A stretch of 63,716 nt of DNA. Source: Polyangia bacterium (GTDB lineage Bacteria > Myxococcota_A > Polyangia > Fen-1088). The stretch covers positions 1 through 63,716 of the forward strand of contig JBJMQQ010000033.1 in assembly GCA_045802645.1 (NCBI GenBank), in the 5' to 3' direction. A program made the position numbers and the translations under genes. Shown here in pieces: positions 31,149 through 40,845 of this stretch (position 1 is the stretch's first letter; the number at the start of each line of letters is the position of its first letter). The notes below the pieces were generated by a model that was not told where the DNA came from, searched no databases, and saw only the letters and a list, made by a program, of their open reading frames with translations.

Positions 31149-32294
31149 TCAGCCGTCCGCGGGTGACCAGTCGACGGGCATCACGAAGCGGTGGATACCG
31201 GCGACGACCAGGCCGCGCGCCGGGCGTTTGGGAGCCAAGGTGACGGCGACGGCGTCGAAGCGGCTCCACAAGGCCGCGCGCTGGATGGCGCCGATCAGAT
31301 AGTCGGTGGCCGGCGCTGGCAGGTCGGTGATGCGGCCGACGAGGACAGCGCGGCGAACGCCGTAGAAGTTCAGTCCTGCGCTCACGCAGGTCGCAACGGC
31401 GTCGAAGGTGGCGCGCATCCAGGCGGGGGGCTCGCGCTCGGCGGCGCGCGCGACGTCGGCGAAGGTGACGCCGTGGCCCTTGGCTTCGCGGTGGCTCTGG
31501 ATCATGCCGCGCTCGGAGGCGAGCGTCTCGAGGCAACCGCGACCGCCGCACCCGCACGGCCGCGTGTTGCCGGGAATCGGCGTGTGGCCGATCTCGCCGC
31601 TCATAGGCAGCGGCCCCTGATAGAGACGGCCGCCCAGCATCAGGGCGCCACCGACGCCCTCGGCGATGTCGACCAGCAAGAAGTCGTCGTTGTCGGACCG
31701 CGCGCCCAGCTCGCCGAGCGCCAGCGCGCGCACGTTCTGCACCAGCCCGACGGGCGCGGGCCAGACCTGGCGGACCATCCACGTCAGGTCGACCTGCTCC
31801 GACCAGTGCAGGTTGGGGGACAGCAGCACGCGCGCTTTTCGTTCGTCCACCACGCCGGACGTGCTGATCAGCACCGCCCACGGACGCTTGATGTCGACCT
31901 TCTCGGCGCCCTGGACGACGCGTTCCAACCAGGCCTCGGCTGTCGGCGGCGTCTTGAACTGAACCTGCCACCGCTCCTGCTCGGGCGGCGAAGGCGGCAG
32001 CGCGGAGAAGCGCGTCATCTCGACGCCCAGGTCCATGACCACGAAGTGGGGCCGTCCCGTGGCGAGGCGCAGCTGCTTGCCCGGGCGGCCGACGCTGGGG
32101 CGCCCCCCTTCCACGAGCTTGATTTCCTCGACGACCCCCGCCGACACGAGGTCGTCGATGATCTTGCCCGTGGTGGGCTTGCTCATCCCGGTGGCCTTCG
32201 CGAGCTCGGCGCGGCTGGCCGCCTTACGCGAAAGGAGCTGTTCGAGGATCGTCGCCTGATTAGCCAGCCGCAGGCTGGCGGGAATCGCCGGCAC
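31149..32294 (-). CDS. ROK-family transcriptional regulator (wHTH plus sugar-kinase fold)
   Basis: N-terminal HTH ASRAELAKATGMSKPTTGKIIDDLVSAGVV. ROK Zn motif GEIGHTPIPGNTRPCGCGGRGCLETL. Confidence 0.85.
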   Translation of the reverse strand: MPAIPASLRLANQATILEQLLSRKAASRAELAKATGMSKPTTGKIIDDLVSAGVVEEIKLVEGGRPSVGRPGKQLRLATGRPHFVVMDLGVEMTRFSALPPSPPEQERWQVQFKTPPTAEAWLERVVQGAEKVDIKRPWAVLISTSGVVDERKARVLLSPNLHWSEQVDLTWMVRQVWPAPVGLVQNVRALALGELGARSDNDDFLLVDIAEGVGGALMLGGRLYQGPLPMSGEIGHTPIPGNTRPCGCGGRGCLETLASERGMIQSHREAKGHGVTFADVARAAEREPPAWMRATFDAVATCVSAGLNFYGVRRAVLVGRITDLPAPATDYLIGAIQRAALWSRFDAVAVTLAPKRPARGLVVAGIHRFVMPVDWSPADG

Positions 32295-32350
32295 GCGGCC
32301 AATCTATCACGCGCCCGACGGAGAAAGCTCCGGCGGGGGCTCGCCGGGTG

Positions 32351-32896
32351 TCAGGCGCGCCGACGACGGCGCAGCCCGACGACGATGCCCAGAACCGAGA
32401 ATGCCAGCCAGGTAGACGGCGCGTGCGATCCCGCGACGCTGCATCCGCCGCTGCTGCCGCCGTTATTGTTCGTGGGCCCCGCCCCACCCGCGCCGCCGGT
32501 GCCCGTTCCCGTCGTTCCGCCGCTGCCCGGCGTCGTCGACCCAGCGGCTCCGGTTGCGCCGCCCGTTCCGACCGCACCACCGCCGCCGCTCGGCGCGTCG
32601 CTGGGCTTGGTGAAGCTGCAGGACAGGCTGGAGGTGCAAACCGCGCCGAGGCCTCTGCACTTGCAGTCGGCGTCGGTCGTGCACCAGCCGTCCATCCCCT
32701 TCGCGTGCGTCCCCGCCGGCTTGCACGTCAAAGTGGGGTCCGTGTAGTAGTCGCAGACGTCGCCGCCGCACGCGGCGTTCGGACAGTCGATGTCATTCAC
32801 GCAGGACGTCGCCGCGCGGGCGGTGCCCGTCGCAGAGAGCAGACAGCCCAGGGCTGCAAGGATCGACCACCGAAATGCCATCGCGCGTCCGTTCAT
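32351..32896 (-). CDS. Secreted Cys-rich protein with a MYXO-CTERM-type C-terminal sorting domain
   Basis: Signal peptide MNGRAMAFRWSILAALGCLLSATGTARA, a Cys-rich domain and a Gly/Thr linker. Tail is GGCSVAGSHAPSTWLAFSVLGIVVGLRRRRRA (GC motif, TM helix, Arg cluster). The start could instead be 32881. Confidence 0.7.
   Translation of the reverse strand: MNGRAMAFRWSILAALGCLLSATGTARAATSCVNDIDCPNAACGGDVCDYYTDPTLTCKPAGTHAKGMDGWCTTDADCKCRGLGAVCTSSLSCSFTKPSDAPSGGGGAVGTGGATGAAGSTTPGSGGTTGTGTGGAGGAGPTNNNGGSSGGCSVAGSHAPSTWLAFSVLGIVVGLRRRRRA
32354..32449 (-). other. MYXO-CTERM-like sorting signal (last 32 codons)
   Basis: GGCS - hydrophobic helix - RRRRR, the tripartite architecture known for MYXO-CTERM/PEP-CTERM-type tags. 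Confidence 0.6.
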
Positions 32897-32930
32897 GTGC
32901 CGGGCCTCCAATAGTGAACTATGTTTACCA

Positions 32931-33914
32931 TTAAACGCCACCCTGCGGGCGGCGTCGTTCCCAATTCCAGGCGTGGGAGACGATCTCCTCGAGATCGGGG
33001 TGCTGCGGCTGCCAGCCGAGCAGGCCGCGGATCCTTTTCGCGTCGGCCACCAGCACCGGGGCGTCCCCCGCCCGACGCGGCGCAACCTGGTGCGGAACCG
33101 GCAGGCCGGACACCTTTTCGACCGTCGCCATCACTTCGCGAACGGAATAGCCACGGCCGGTCCCGACGTTGGCGACGAAGCTCGCGCCTCCACCTCCCAG
33201 GTGTCGCAGCGCCGCGATGTGCGCAGCGGCCAGGTCCGTCACGTGAATGTAGTCGCGCAAAGCAGTGCCGTCGGGCGTCGGGTAGTCGGTGCCGAACACG
33301 GACAGCGGCCGGGCACGCCCAAGCGCCGCCTGGATCGCGAGCGGGATGAGGTGGCTCTCCGTCGGGTGCGCCTCCCCGAGCTCGCCGGCCGGATCGGCGC
33401 CGGCGGCGTTGAAGTATCGCAGCGCCGCCGATCGCAGGCCGTACGCACGCTCGTAGCGAGCCAGGACCTTCTCGATCATCAGCTTCGAGTCACCGTACGG
33501 GCTCAGCGGCGCCACCGGGTGCTCTTCGTCCAGCGGCACGCGGATCGGGTCGCCGTATACCGCGGCCGACGACGAGAACACGATCTCGCGGACGCCCGCG
33601 CTGACCATCGCGTCAAGTAAGTTTAGAGTGTTAACGAAATTGGCGCGAAAATACTTGCTCGGGTCCGTCACCGATTCGCCGACCTGGATCAGCGCCGCGA
33701 AGTGGATGACCGCGCGGACCTCGTGCCGCGCCAGCACCGCGCGGATCGCGTCCGGGTCGGCGAGGTCACCTCGCTCGAACTTCCCCCAGCGCAAGGCCCA
33801 CTCGTGCCCCGAGCTCAGGTTGTCGAACACGACCGGCTCCATCCCGGCCGCGTCCAAGAGCTTGACCGTATGGCTGCCGATGTAGCCTGCCCCACCGACG
33901 ACGAGAATCGACAT
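32931..33914 (-). CDS. galE: UDP-glucose 4-epimerase
   Basis: ILVVGGAGYIGSH, FDNLSSGH, SSSAAVYG, catalytic YGDSKLMIE, DGTALRDYIHVTDLA. The track ORF starts 6 codons further upstream (33932). Confidence 0.9.
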   Translation of the reverse strand: MSILVVGGAGYIGSHTVKLLDAAGMEPVVFDNLSSGHEWALRWGKFERGDLADPDAIRAVLARHEVRAVIHFAALIQVGESVTDPSKYFRANFVNTLNLLDAMVSAGVREIVFSSSAAVYGDPIRVPLDEEHPVAPLSPYGDSKLMIEKVLARYERAYGLRSAALRYFNAAGADPAGELGEAHPTESHLIPLAIQAALGRARPLSVFGTDYPTPDGTALRDYIHVTDLAAAHIAALRHLGGGGASFVANVGTGRGYSVREVMATVEKVSGLPVPHQVAPRRAGDAPVLVADAKRIRGLLGWQPQHPDLEEIVSHAWNWERRRPQGGV

Positions 33915-34298
33915 TCGCCCGTCATAGGACAACTCCCGAACCGCCGCAACCCGATCCGCGAGGAGGCGGTCTCGGCAAGAACCAGCGAGGTCGTCGGCAA
34001 CCCTATACCGCTCAGACGCGGCGGCGGGAGCGCTATCCGCTGCTTTCGAAACTGTCTTTCGCAGTCACCGACGACAGATCGCGATTGTCTGCGAAACGCA
34101 GGCCCTTCGCCGCGACCGCGCGCGGAATTAGCCGCGGCGGCTTAACGAAAATGGAGATGCGCACGCGAACGATCTCGATTGGAACAACGCTCGAGAGTTT
34201 GCAATCGCGACTATGGCATTTCGGTTGTAGCCGGGGATCGGAGGCTTCGGCGTCAACAACGATTCAATCGCGTCGTGAGGGGTCGCGCGCGGTCTGAT

Positions 34299-35459
34299 TC
34301 AAAGCGCGGACTGTTTCAGCACGCGCCCCCGCATGACGTCCTCGTACAACGCGACGAAGTCGGCGGTTACGCGACGGCAGGTGAACCTTTCGACGACGTA
34401 CGCGTGGCTGGCTGTCCCCATCTCGACGCGCTGAGGCCGCGTGGAACGCAAGATGTCGGTGATGGCGTCGGCGACGGTCTGCACGGTCGGTGAGTCGACC
34501 TGCCAGCCGTGGCGGCCGGGAATCAGGACGGCGTCGGTGTTCGCGGCCGCGGAGATGAGGACAGGGAGCCCACACGACAGCGCCTCGAGCGCCGCGATCG
34601 GCGACGCTTCCGTGCGCGACGGCATGAGAACGACATCCGCGGCCGCATACAGCTCGCGCATGTCGGTCACGGCGCCCAGAAACTGAACGTGAGGTTCCAA
34701 CCCGTGCCGCCGGACTGCCGCGGTCACCTGCGCTGAGTACGACGGCGACGAGACTCGCCCGGCCAGCAGCAACCGAAACGATTCCGGCAAGGCTCCCGCC
34801 GCCTTCAGCTGGCCCAAGGCACCGACGACGAGATCGTGGTTCTTCTGAGGCGAGATTCGAGCCGGCATCAGTGCGACGAGGTGGTCGTCGGCCAAGCCGC
34901 GCGCCCGTCGAGCGACCCGGCGCTGGTCATCCGTCGGCGGACGGAACTGTTGTTCGTCGACACCGTTGGGGATGACAGTCACCCGTTGCGCCGGTACGCC
35001 GAGGCGTGTGACCAAGAACTCTTCGATGCTGCGCGAATGCGCGACGATCCGATCCGCCCATCGGGCGAGCGGCCGCTCTAGCCAGCGGTAGCCGGCGGAC
35101 ATGTCGTCGAGGTGCACCGAGGTGACCACACGTGGTGACGGAGACGAAGCGAGGCGGACCGCCAGCCGGCCCCACAAGTTCGCGTCATTCATGTACGTGT
35201 GGAGGATGTGCGGCCGGAACGATCGAATCGTCGTGATCAATCGCGCGACGGCGGCTGGCGACGCCCACACCGGCGATCGCAGGATGTACTTCGGCTGGCC
35301 GGCCGGTAGCTCAGCCTTGTAGTGAATCCGGTTCGTCAGGACGCAAATCGCCGGCTCCCAGCGTTCGGGGTCGAGGCCGCGCACGAGATCCACGAGGTGC
35401 CGCTCTGCCCCGCCTTGGGTAAGCGACGAGATCAGATAAAGCACTCTGGTCTTTTCCAT
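34299..35459 (-). CDS. Glycosyltransferase, GT4 family
   Basis: MEKTRVLYLISSLTQGGAERHLVDL N-terminus and C-terminal DVVLMPSRTEASPIAALEALSCGLPVLIS motif. A paralogue of 8259..9401. Confidence 0.8.
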   Translation of the reverse strand: MEKTRVLYLISSLTQGGAERHLVDLVRGLDPERWEPAICVLTNRIHYKAELPAGQPKYILRSPVWASPAAVARLITTIRSFRPHILHTYMNDANLWGRLAVRLASSPSPRVVTSVHLDDMSAGYRWLERPLARWADRIVAHSRSIEEFLVTRLGVPAQRVTVIPNGVDEQQFRPPTDDQRRVARRARGLADDHLVALMPARISPQKNHDLVVGALGQLKAAGALPESFRLLLAGRVSSPSYSAQVTAAVRRHGLEPHVQFLGAVTDMRELYAAADVVLMPSRTEASPIAALEALSCGLPVLISAAANTDAVLIPGRHGWQVDSPTVQTVADAITDILRSTRPQRVEMGTASHAYVVERFTCRRVTADFVALYEDVMRGRVLKQSAL

Positions 35460-35519
35460 ACTTGAGCCGGCAAATGAGTTTTTTTGGCCAGGCTGCCGTG
35501 CGATACTAGCCCGGCGGGT

Positions 35520-36185
35520 ATGGCCGAGAAAGAAAGAGCGGCGACTGTCAGCGTGTCGGAGATCTTCGAGGAGATCTATCGGAACGACAGATGGAACGGC
35601 GGCTCTGGCCCAGGATCTCTGCCGGGCATCAATCGGCCCTACGTTCGTTTCGTCGAGTCGATGCTCCGCTTGAACGACGTGCGCACGGTCGTCGACCTTG
35701 GTTGTGGCGACTGGCAGTTTTCACGCGGAATCGATTGGGGAACGACGGAGTATCTGGGCCTCGACGTGGTCCCTCACATCGTCGAGCAAAACCGCCGGAC
35801 CTACGGCACCCGTTCTGTCCGTTTCGCCGTCGCGCCGCCCGAAGCGAGCCTGCTCCCAAGCGCCGACCTCCTTCTCGTGAAGGACGTGTTTCAACATCTC
35901 AGCAACCGTCGGGTTCAGGAGCACGTCGCCGTCTTCCCGAAATTCAAGTACGTGCTCGTGACGAATTGCAGCAAGAAGAGCCGCCATCTGCTCAACACCG
36001 ACATCCCCGACGGCGGCTTTCGGCCTCTGGATTTGCGTCTCGCCCCTTTCGGAGTCCCGATGGCTTCTGTCCTTCAGTACGGCGCCGATCGAACACTCAA
36101 TTTCCGCCGCATGGCGGTCGTCACCCCGGGAATCAAGCAGGTATTTCTCTGGATTCGCCCCGACGTGGTCGGACCGCCAGCGTAA
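35520..36185 (+). CDS. Class I SAM-dependent methyltransferase
   Basis: Motif I VVDLGCGDWQF, then LLLVKDVFQHL. The start is ambiguous (35484 in the track, ATG at 35520). Confidence 0.65.
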   Translation: MAEKERAATVSVSEIFEEIYRNDRWNGGSGPGSLPGINRPYVRFVESMLRLNDVRTVVDLGCGDWQFSRGIDWGTTEYLGLDVVPHIVEQNRRTYGTRSVRFAVAPPEASLLPSADLLLVKDVFQHLSNRRVQEHVAVFPKFKYVLVTNCSKKSRHLLNTDIPDGGFRPLDLRLAPFGVPMASVLQYGADRTLNFRRMAVVTPGIKQVFLWIRPDVVGPPA

Positions 36186-36228
36186 CCCGTCCGCCTCATC
36201 GCGCGTCACGGCGCCGCACGAATGAAGG

Positions 36229-37767
36229 TCAGCGCTCTCGCGGGCGTTTCGACGCACGGAACCCGAGACGGCGCCGCAAGGCGTGAACCCAACGCCGCTC
36301 TTCGGGCGGCAGGCCAGTGGCGAAGAGCACGCCGACGTAAACGACCAAGCCGAGCGCGAGGACCACCGCCACACGAACGCCGGCCGGAATACGCAGCGCA
36401 TGAACAACCGTCTCGGCAGCAAAGGCGGCGGCCGCCGCAGAGAGTGGCTTCCACAGCGCCAGGCTGAAAGGCGACACCCGTTCGAGCAGCGCGACTTGGA
36501 TCAGCGCTGCTCCCTGGACCACCACGGTCGTCCCAAGCGCGGCCCAGGCCGCCCCGAGGAACCCATAGCGAGGAACCAGCAGCAAGCTTGCTCCGACATT
36601 GAACGCCGCCCCCAGGAAGTTGTTGAGCAGCGCCGGGCGCGAGCGCCCACCGGCGACCAGCACCCAGCCGACCAGCCCCAGCGCGGCGTTCAGGAAGTGG
36701 CTGATCGCCAGCAATGCGACGGCCGCCGATCCAGCGACGTAGGTTGGCCCGTAGAGACCGCCCAGCAGCTCGCGCCGCAGGACGATCACCGCGCCTGCCA
36801 GGACGCCGGCCACGCTGACCACCCAGCGGGTAGCGAGGTGCAGGTTGTAGCGGAGCCGGGCGTGATCGTTGAGTTGTAGCGACTCGGCCATCACGCCTGC
36901 CACGATCGCGTCGAACGCGTACCGGATGTTGGCGATGACGCGGGTCAGGAACTCCGCCGCTGCGTAAACCGCCGCTCCCTTCGGCCCGAGGTATGCCGTG
37001 ACGATCAGCACGTCGGCACGCTGGTAGGCGACGTTGAGAATCTCGGCCGCCGAGACTGTCAGCGCGAACCGGTCGAATCCAGGAACGCGCGGCGCACGCC
37101 ACAAGTCCCGCATCTCCTCGGGGCGGAACACGCGGCGCGATGCCTTCGCGCCGATGATCGCGACGATCGCGCCCGTGGCCAACTGTGCCGTCAGCAGACC
37201 GCGCAGACCGCCGCCCACTCTCCACGCGGTTACGCCCAGCGCCAACAGCAGGATCGGCTCCATCAGGCCGCGCACCAGGAAGTTGATGCGCGTGACCCGC
37301 GCGGCCAGGGTCGCCTGGATCAGAATGATCAGGACGCCTGTGAAGGGCGGCGCGAACGCCAAAATGCGCAAACCGGTGGCGAGGGACGGCAGGCCCAGCG
37401 CGCCGGCGATCCAATTCGCCCCCAGCGCCAGTGCGCCACCGACGACGACGGACACCGCCAGCCCCAGCCGCAGGCCGGTGCCCAGCGCGCGCCGGACCCC
37501 CTCTGGATCGCGCGCCGCCCGCGCCCCGGCCACGTACCGCAGCATCGCCTTGTCCGCGCCGGCCGGGGCCGCGCGCGTCGCGAGCTCCAAAATGGCCAGC
37601 GCCGCCTGGTAGGCGCCGTAGATGACCGGCCCGAACAGGCGCGCAAACACGACCTGGGTCGCCGAAGTCACCGCTTGCAGCAGGATCGTCAGCGTCTGGA
37701 CCGCTCCGCTGCGGGCCGCATGGCGCGCGTCCGCGTCGGCGGGCTGGGGCTCCGGCCTTTCAGTCAC
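36229..37767 (-). CDS. Oligosaccharide/polysaccharide flippase (Wzx-like, MOP superfamily)
   Basis: 512 aa, about 12-14 hydrophobic helices. The N-terminal pattern TLTILLQAVTSATQVVFARLFGPVIYGAY is typical of polysaccharide biosynthesis (PST) proteins. Confidence 0.75.
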   Translation of the reverse strand: MTERPEPQPADADARHAARSGAVQTLTILLQAVTSATQVVFARLFGPVIYGAYQAALAILELATRAAPAGADKAMLRYVAGARAARDPEGVRRALGTGLRLGLAVSVVVGGALALGANWIAGALGLPSLATGLRILAFAPPFTGVLIILIQATLAARVTRINFLVRGLMEPILLLALGVTAWRVGGGLRGLLTAQLATGAIVAIIGAKASRRVFRPEEMRDLWRAPRVPGFDRFALTVSAAEILNVAYQRADVLIVTAYLGPKGAAVYAAAEFLTRVIANIRYAFDAIVAGVMAESLQLNDHARLRYNLHLATRWVVSVAGVLAGAVIVLRRELLGGLYGPTYVAGSAAVALLAISHFLNAALGLVGWVLVAGGRSRPALLNNFLGAAFNVGASLLLVPRYGFLGAAWAALGTTVVVQGAALIQVALLERVSPFSLALWKPLSAAAAAFAAETVVHALRIPAGVRVAVVLALGLVVYVGVLFATGLPPEERRWVHALRRRLGFRASKRPRER

Positions 37768-37779
37768 GCCGCGCTCCGA

Positions 37780-38508
37780 TCAGTCGGGTGCGTAGCCGAA
37801 GCTGTCTCGGCGCAGGATCGCGTCAGCGTGGGCACGCTCTTCCGGGACGTCGACCTCCAACCACCCGTGACCGCTGATGTCCCGGCAGAGCGGCGGACGC
37901 CCGGCGTCGGCCAGCCGGGCCAGCACGCGCTCGACGTGGATGGCCCGCCCCTCCTCTGCCAGGGCCGCCTCCGCGGTAGTCCAGTAGCGGGCCGCCGCTT
38001 CGGCCGGAACCTTCGTCATCCCGACGTAGCCCGCGTCGAACGTGGTCAGCGTCTTCGCGATGCGCTGGATCCGCCCACGCGCGTCCCGCTCTACCTTCAT
38101 GTCGTCGGCGCCCAGCGTCCGGTCCGTGTCGATGAAGGCCGTCACGTCTCCGGCCTCCGCCGCCGCGAACGCCGCGATCGTCGCCCGGTACACGTGGTCG
38201 ACGTTCATCAGCAGGAACTCATCACGGAGCAACGCCCGCGCCGAAAGCAGCGAAACCAGATTTCCGTCACGGTAGGCGCTGTTCTCGATCAGCGTGACTG
38301 GCAGCTCGCGCCGGGCAATTTCAGCGGCGACCAGGTCGAAGCCATAGCCGCCGACCACCACGATGCCCGTTGCTCCGGCCGCGCGCGCGAAGCGGACGGC
38401 GTGAACGAGCAAAGGATGACCGCCGACCTCGATCAGCGCCTTCGGCAGCCGCTCGGTCAGAGAACCGAGGCGGCTCCCGAGACCGGCCGCCAGCAGCACC
38501 ACCTGCAT
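37780..38508 (-). CDS. Sugar-/alcohol-phosphate nucleotidyltransferase (LicC/MobA-like NTP transferase fold)
   Basis: MQVVLLAAGLGSRLGSLTERLPKALIEVGGHPLL carries the canonical LAAGxGxRL...PK signature. Confidence 0.75.
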   Translation of the reverse strand: MQVVLLAAGLGSRLGSLTERLPKALIEVGGHPLLVHAVRFARAAGATGIVVVGGYGFDLVAAEIARRELPVTLIENSAYRDGNLVSLLSARALLRDEFLLMNVDHVYRATIAAFAAAEAGDVTAFIDTDRTLGADDMKVERDARGRIQRIAKTLTTFDAGYVGMTKVPAEAAARYWTTAEAALAEEGRAIHVERVLARLADAGRPPLCRDISGHGWLEVDVPEERAHADAILRRDSFGYAPD

Positions 38509-38513
38509 CGGTG

Positions 38514-39299
38514 CTAGCGGGCAGCGGCGGCCGCGGCGCGGCGCCCGTTTTGGCCGCCAGAAGGCTGGAAAAGCTCGGGCAGGGCTGCGAACCGACGCAC
38601 GACTGGGGCGTACGGGAACCGGAGCATGAACCGCTCCGGCGCGAACGTCGTCGCCACGGCGACGAAGGGCACGCCCTCGCGTTCCGCGATTGCGCCGTCG
38701 TGCAGCGAGTCGCCGACGAACAGCATCTGCTGCCGATCGATCTGGAAGAACCGCGACACTGCGTCGAAGTGCGGGCGCCCCTTGGCCAGCCCGCCGCCAA
38801 AGCCCAGCGTCAGCGCGAATTCGTAACTGGATGCCGCCGCGAACGCGTCGACGTTCTCGACGCCGTTGTTCGATGACACGACGATGCGCACCCCGGCCGC
38901 GCGCAACGTGTCCAGCGCGCGGCGCGTGTCCGCCGGCATTTCGATCTTGTTGCAGCGGGCCGGCTTGGCGGCTTCAAAGGTGTTCGAGGCGTCCTGGTTC
39001 CGGGGGTCGCCTGGGTAGATCTCTTCCAGCTGGCTCGCGAACGGCAAGCCACACGTCGCCAGGTACAGCTCGCGCGCCAGGATCCCCGGCGTCCCGTAGA
39101 AGCGCTCCATCACCTCTGCGGCGATGTCCGCCAGCGTCGGCATGGTGTCGATCAGGGTGCCGTCGAGATCGCACAGCAGGACCTTCGGCAGCGGCAGAGA
39201 TCCCAGAACGGGGCCGCGCGCGACGTCGGCCGAAGCGCGCGGGGTCGCCCCAATCAGGGATTCGAGGCTTGGCGGAGCGGCGATGCCGGAGACGGACAT
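38514..39299 (-). CDS. HAD-superfamily phosphatase
   Basis: Motif I LLCDLDGTLIDT, motif II VVSSNN, motif IV FVGDSLHDG. The start is uncertain (39329, 39299 or a downstream GTG). Confidence 0.75.
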   Translation of the reverse strand: MSVSGIAAPPSLESLIGATPRASADVARGPVLGSLPLPKVLLCDLDGTLIDTMPTLADIAAEVMERFYGTPGILARELYLATCGLPFASQLEEIYPGDPRNQDASNTFEAAKPARCNKIEMPADTRRALDTLRAAGVRIVVSSNNGVENVDAFAAASSYEFALTLGFGGGLAKGRPHFDAVSRFFQIDRQQMLFVGDSLHDGAIAEREGVPFVAVATTFAPERFMLRFPYAPVVRRFAALPELFQPSGGQNGRRAAAAAAR

Positions 39300-39312
39300 T
39301 GGCCGGCATAAG

Positions 39313-39328
39313 AGCAAACCTGACACCA
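39313..39328 (-). promoter_or_regulatory. Candidate sigma-54 (-24/-12) promoter upstream of the HAD-NTase-Wzx operon
   Basis: The minus strand reads TGGTGTCAGGTTTGCT, i.e. GG-N10-GC spacing as in TGGCAC-N5-TTGC. Only 4 of 6 positions in the -24 box match. This works only if the CDS starts downstream of 39299. Confidence 0.2.
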
Positions 39329-39432
39329 ACCCGCCACATTTCTACAAGTAGCTGTAATCGCGTGACTTAGCGGCGCGTCTGACACGAAAGTGTTCAATTC
39401 CTGACACTCGGGCCGGTAGGTTTTCAACGCAC

Positions 39433-40845
39433 CTACGCGCCGACGATGATGATGAACTGTAAGTGCTGGGCTTCGAGGCCGTAGCCGAAGTCGACCCCGA
39501 CCAGCGGGACAGCCACCGACCGGAGAAAGAACCGGATCCCGAGCCCGACGTCGTTGTGGATGACATCGCGGCTGAATCCGGAACGAAAGGGGGAGAGGAA
39601 CGTGCGCGCATCGGTCGTGTCGCGCTGGACGTAGCTCGAATACTGCGGCGGCGCGGTTGGATCGGAGATCGGGGCGCCGGTGGGCTGATCGCGGTACCAG
39701 ACCGCCTGCACGTCGTAGAAGCCCAGCGCCCGGAAATCCAGCGACCCCACGGAAAAGAGCGGGAAGTGGTACTCGACCTTGCCCCACAGCTGGGTGTCGC
39801 CGCGGAACTGCTGCCCCAGATACCCGCGGAGATTGGTCCCGCCAGCCGTGTTCTCGTTCCAGAACGGCAGGTCGTGTCCCATGACGGCGCCGCCGGCGTA
39901 CACCAGGTTGTGGGATTTGAAAAACCGGATTCCCTGCTCCCAGGCACCGCCCACCTTCCAGAAGGTGAAGTCGCCGCCGAACGCCGGCCCGCCGTAGTCG
40001 GCCGTGCCGGTCAGCGCGCCCCCGGTCATGACCGCAAACTCACGGGCGCGAAAGTCGAAGCTCAACATCGCGCGCCCGTAGCCGGAGGTGCCGACCTTCG
40101 TCGATTTGATGAGGGGTAGCTGGGTTTGCGGATCGTCGGAGCCGGCCCCGAAGTAGTCGAATTTCTCGACGTGCCAGGCGACCTGCGTTTTCACGCGTCG
40201 CAGCCAGGACACGCCGAACGCCGGCTCGATCCCGTAAGAAAACAGACGGGTTTCCCGGAACTCGACGGGAGAGGCCAGCGAAGCACCGGGCCCGGTGCTG
40301 TCGTACTCGGGGACGATCTGGCGCTGGATCACCCCCTGGAGCTGCCAATACATCCAGGTTCCGAAGAGGGACGGGTCCCGATAGGCGAGCACCGCACCGG
40401 AGTCGATCTGCGCCAACCGCCCACCAATCAGCAGCTGCTTGCCGCGGCCAAACAGGTTGCCGTGGACGAACAGGAGGCCAAAGGACTTGTTGTTCGCGGA
40501 CCAGGACGCCGTCGGGACAGGCGCCCAGGGGAACTTGTCCTTGACCGAGATGTTGATGCGCACCCCGGAGCCGTGCGGCTCCCACCAGACGTTGACGTCG
40601 GCGAAGAGGCCCGTCGTGTTGAGACGCTCGCGAACCGTGTCCAGCGTGTCGCTCTGCAGGGTGTCCCCGATGGTGACCCCGGCGATCGACCGGACCGTCG
40701 TTTCCTCGGTGCGCTGGTTGTCCAGGATCCGGACATCGGTGACCACCTCACCGATCGCGAACGCGGGGGCCGCCGCCAGGCCGACCGCCAGACCGAAAAC
40801 CGTGGCAAGGAGAGCTCCTCGCGAAGCAAGACGAAGCGAGGCCAT
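39433..40845 (-). CDS. Omp85/BamA-TamA family outer-membrane protein (one POTRA domain plus surface-antigen barrel)
   Basis: Signal peptide ...LAAAPAFA. POTRA-like VRILDNQRTEETTVRSIAGVTIGDTL...LNTTGLFADVNV. C-terminal barrel ending ...VDFGYGLEAQHLQFIIIVGA. Confidence 0.75.
   Translation of the reverse strand: MASLRLASRGALLATVFGLAVGLAAAPAFAIGEVVTDVRILDNQRTEETTVRSIAGVTIGDTLQSDTLDTVRERLNTTGLFADVNVWWEPHGSGVRINISVKDKFPWAPVPTASWSANNKSFGLLFVHGNLFGRGKQLLIGGRLAQIDSGAVLAYRDPSLFGTWMYWQLQGVIQRQIVPEYDSTGPGASLASPVEFRETRLFSYGIEPAFGVSWLRRVKTQVAWHVEKFDYFGAGSDDPQTQLPLIKSTKVGTSGYGRAMLSFDFRAREFAVMTGGALTGTADYGGPAFGGDFTFWKVGGAWEQGIRFFKSHNLVYAGGAVMGHDLPFWNENTAGGTNLRGYLGQQFRGDTQLWGKVEYHFPLFSVGSLDFRALGFYDVQAVWYRDQPTGAPISDPTAPPQYSSYVQRDTTDARTFLSPFRSGFSRDVIHNDVGLGIRFFLRSVAVPLVGVDFGYGLEAQHLQFIIIVGA

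Noticed and set aside
34135-34145. The 11-mer cggcggcttaa is shared between the galE-GT4 intergenic region and the right arm of the 62086-62139 hairpin
   Set aside because: There are only two copies and no extended flanking similarity. A GC-rich 11-mer match in 64 kb may be chance. It is worth a genome-wide count but is not supported as a repeat family here.
33933-34298. 366-nt intergenic region between galE and the GT4 gene as a small RNA or small-protein locus (ORF 34085-34297; weak 8-bp inverted repeat tttcgcag/ctgcgaaa)
   Set aside because: The ORF has poor codon bias and no RBS. The inverted repeat is short with a 24-nt spacer and no terminator features. The region is more simply the galE promoter plus the GT4 3' region.
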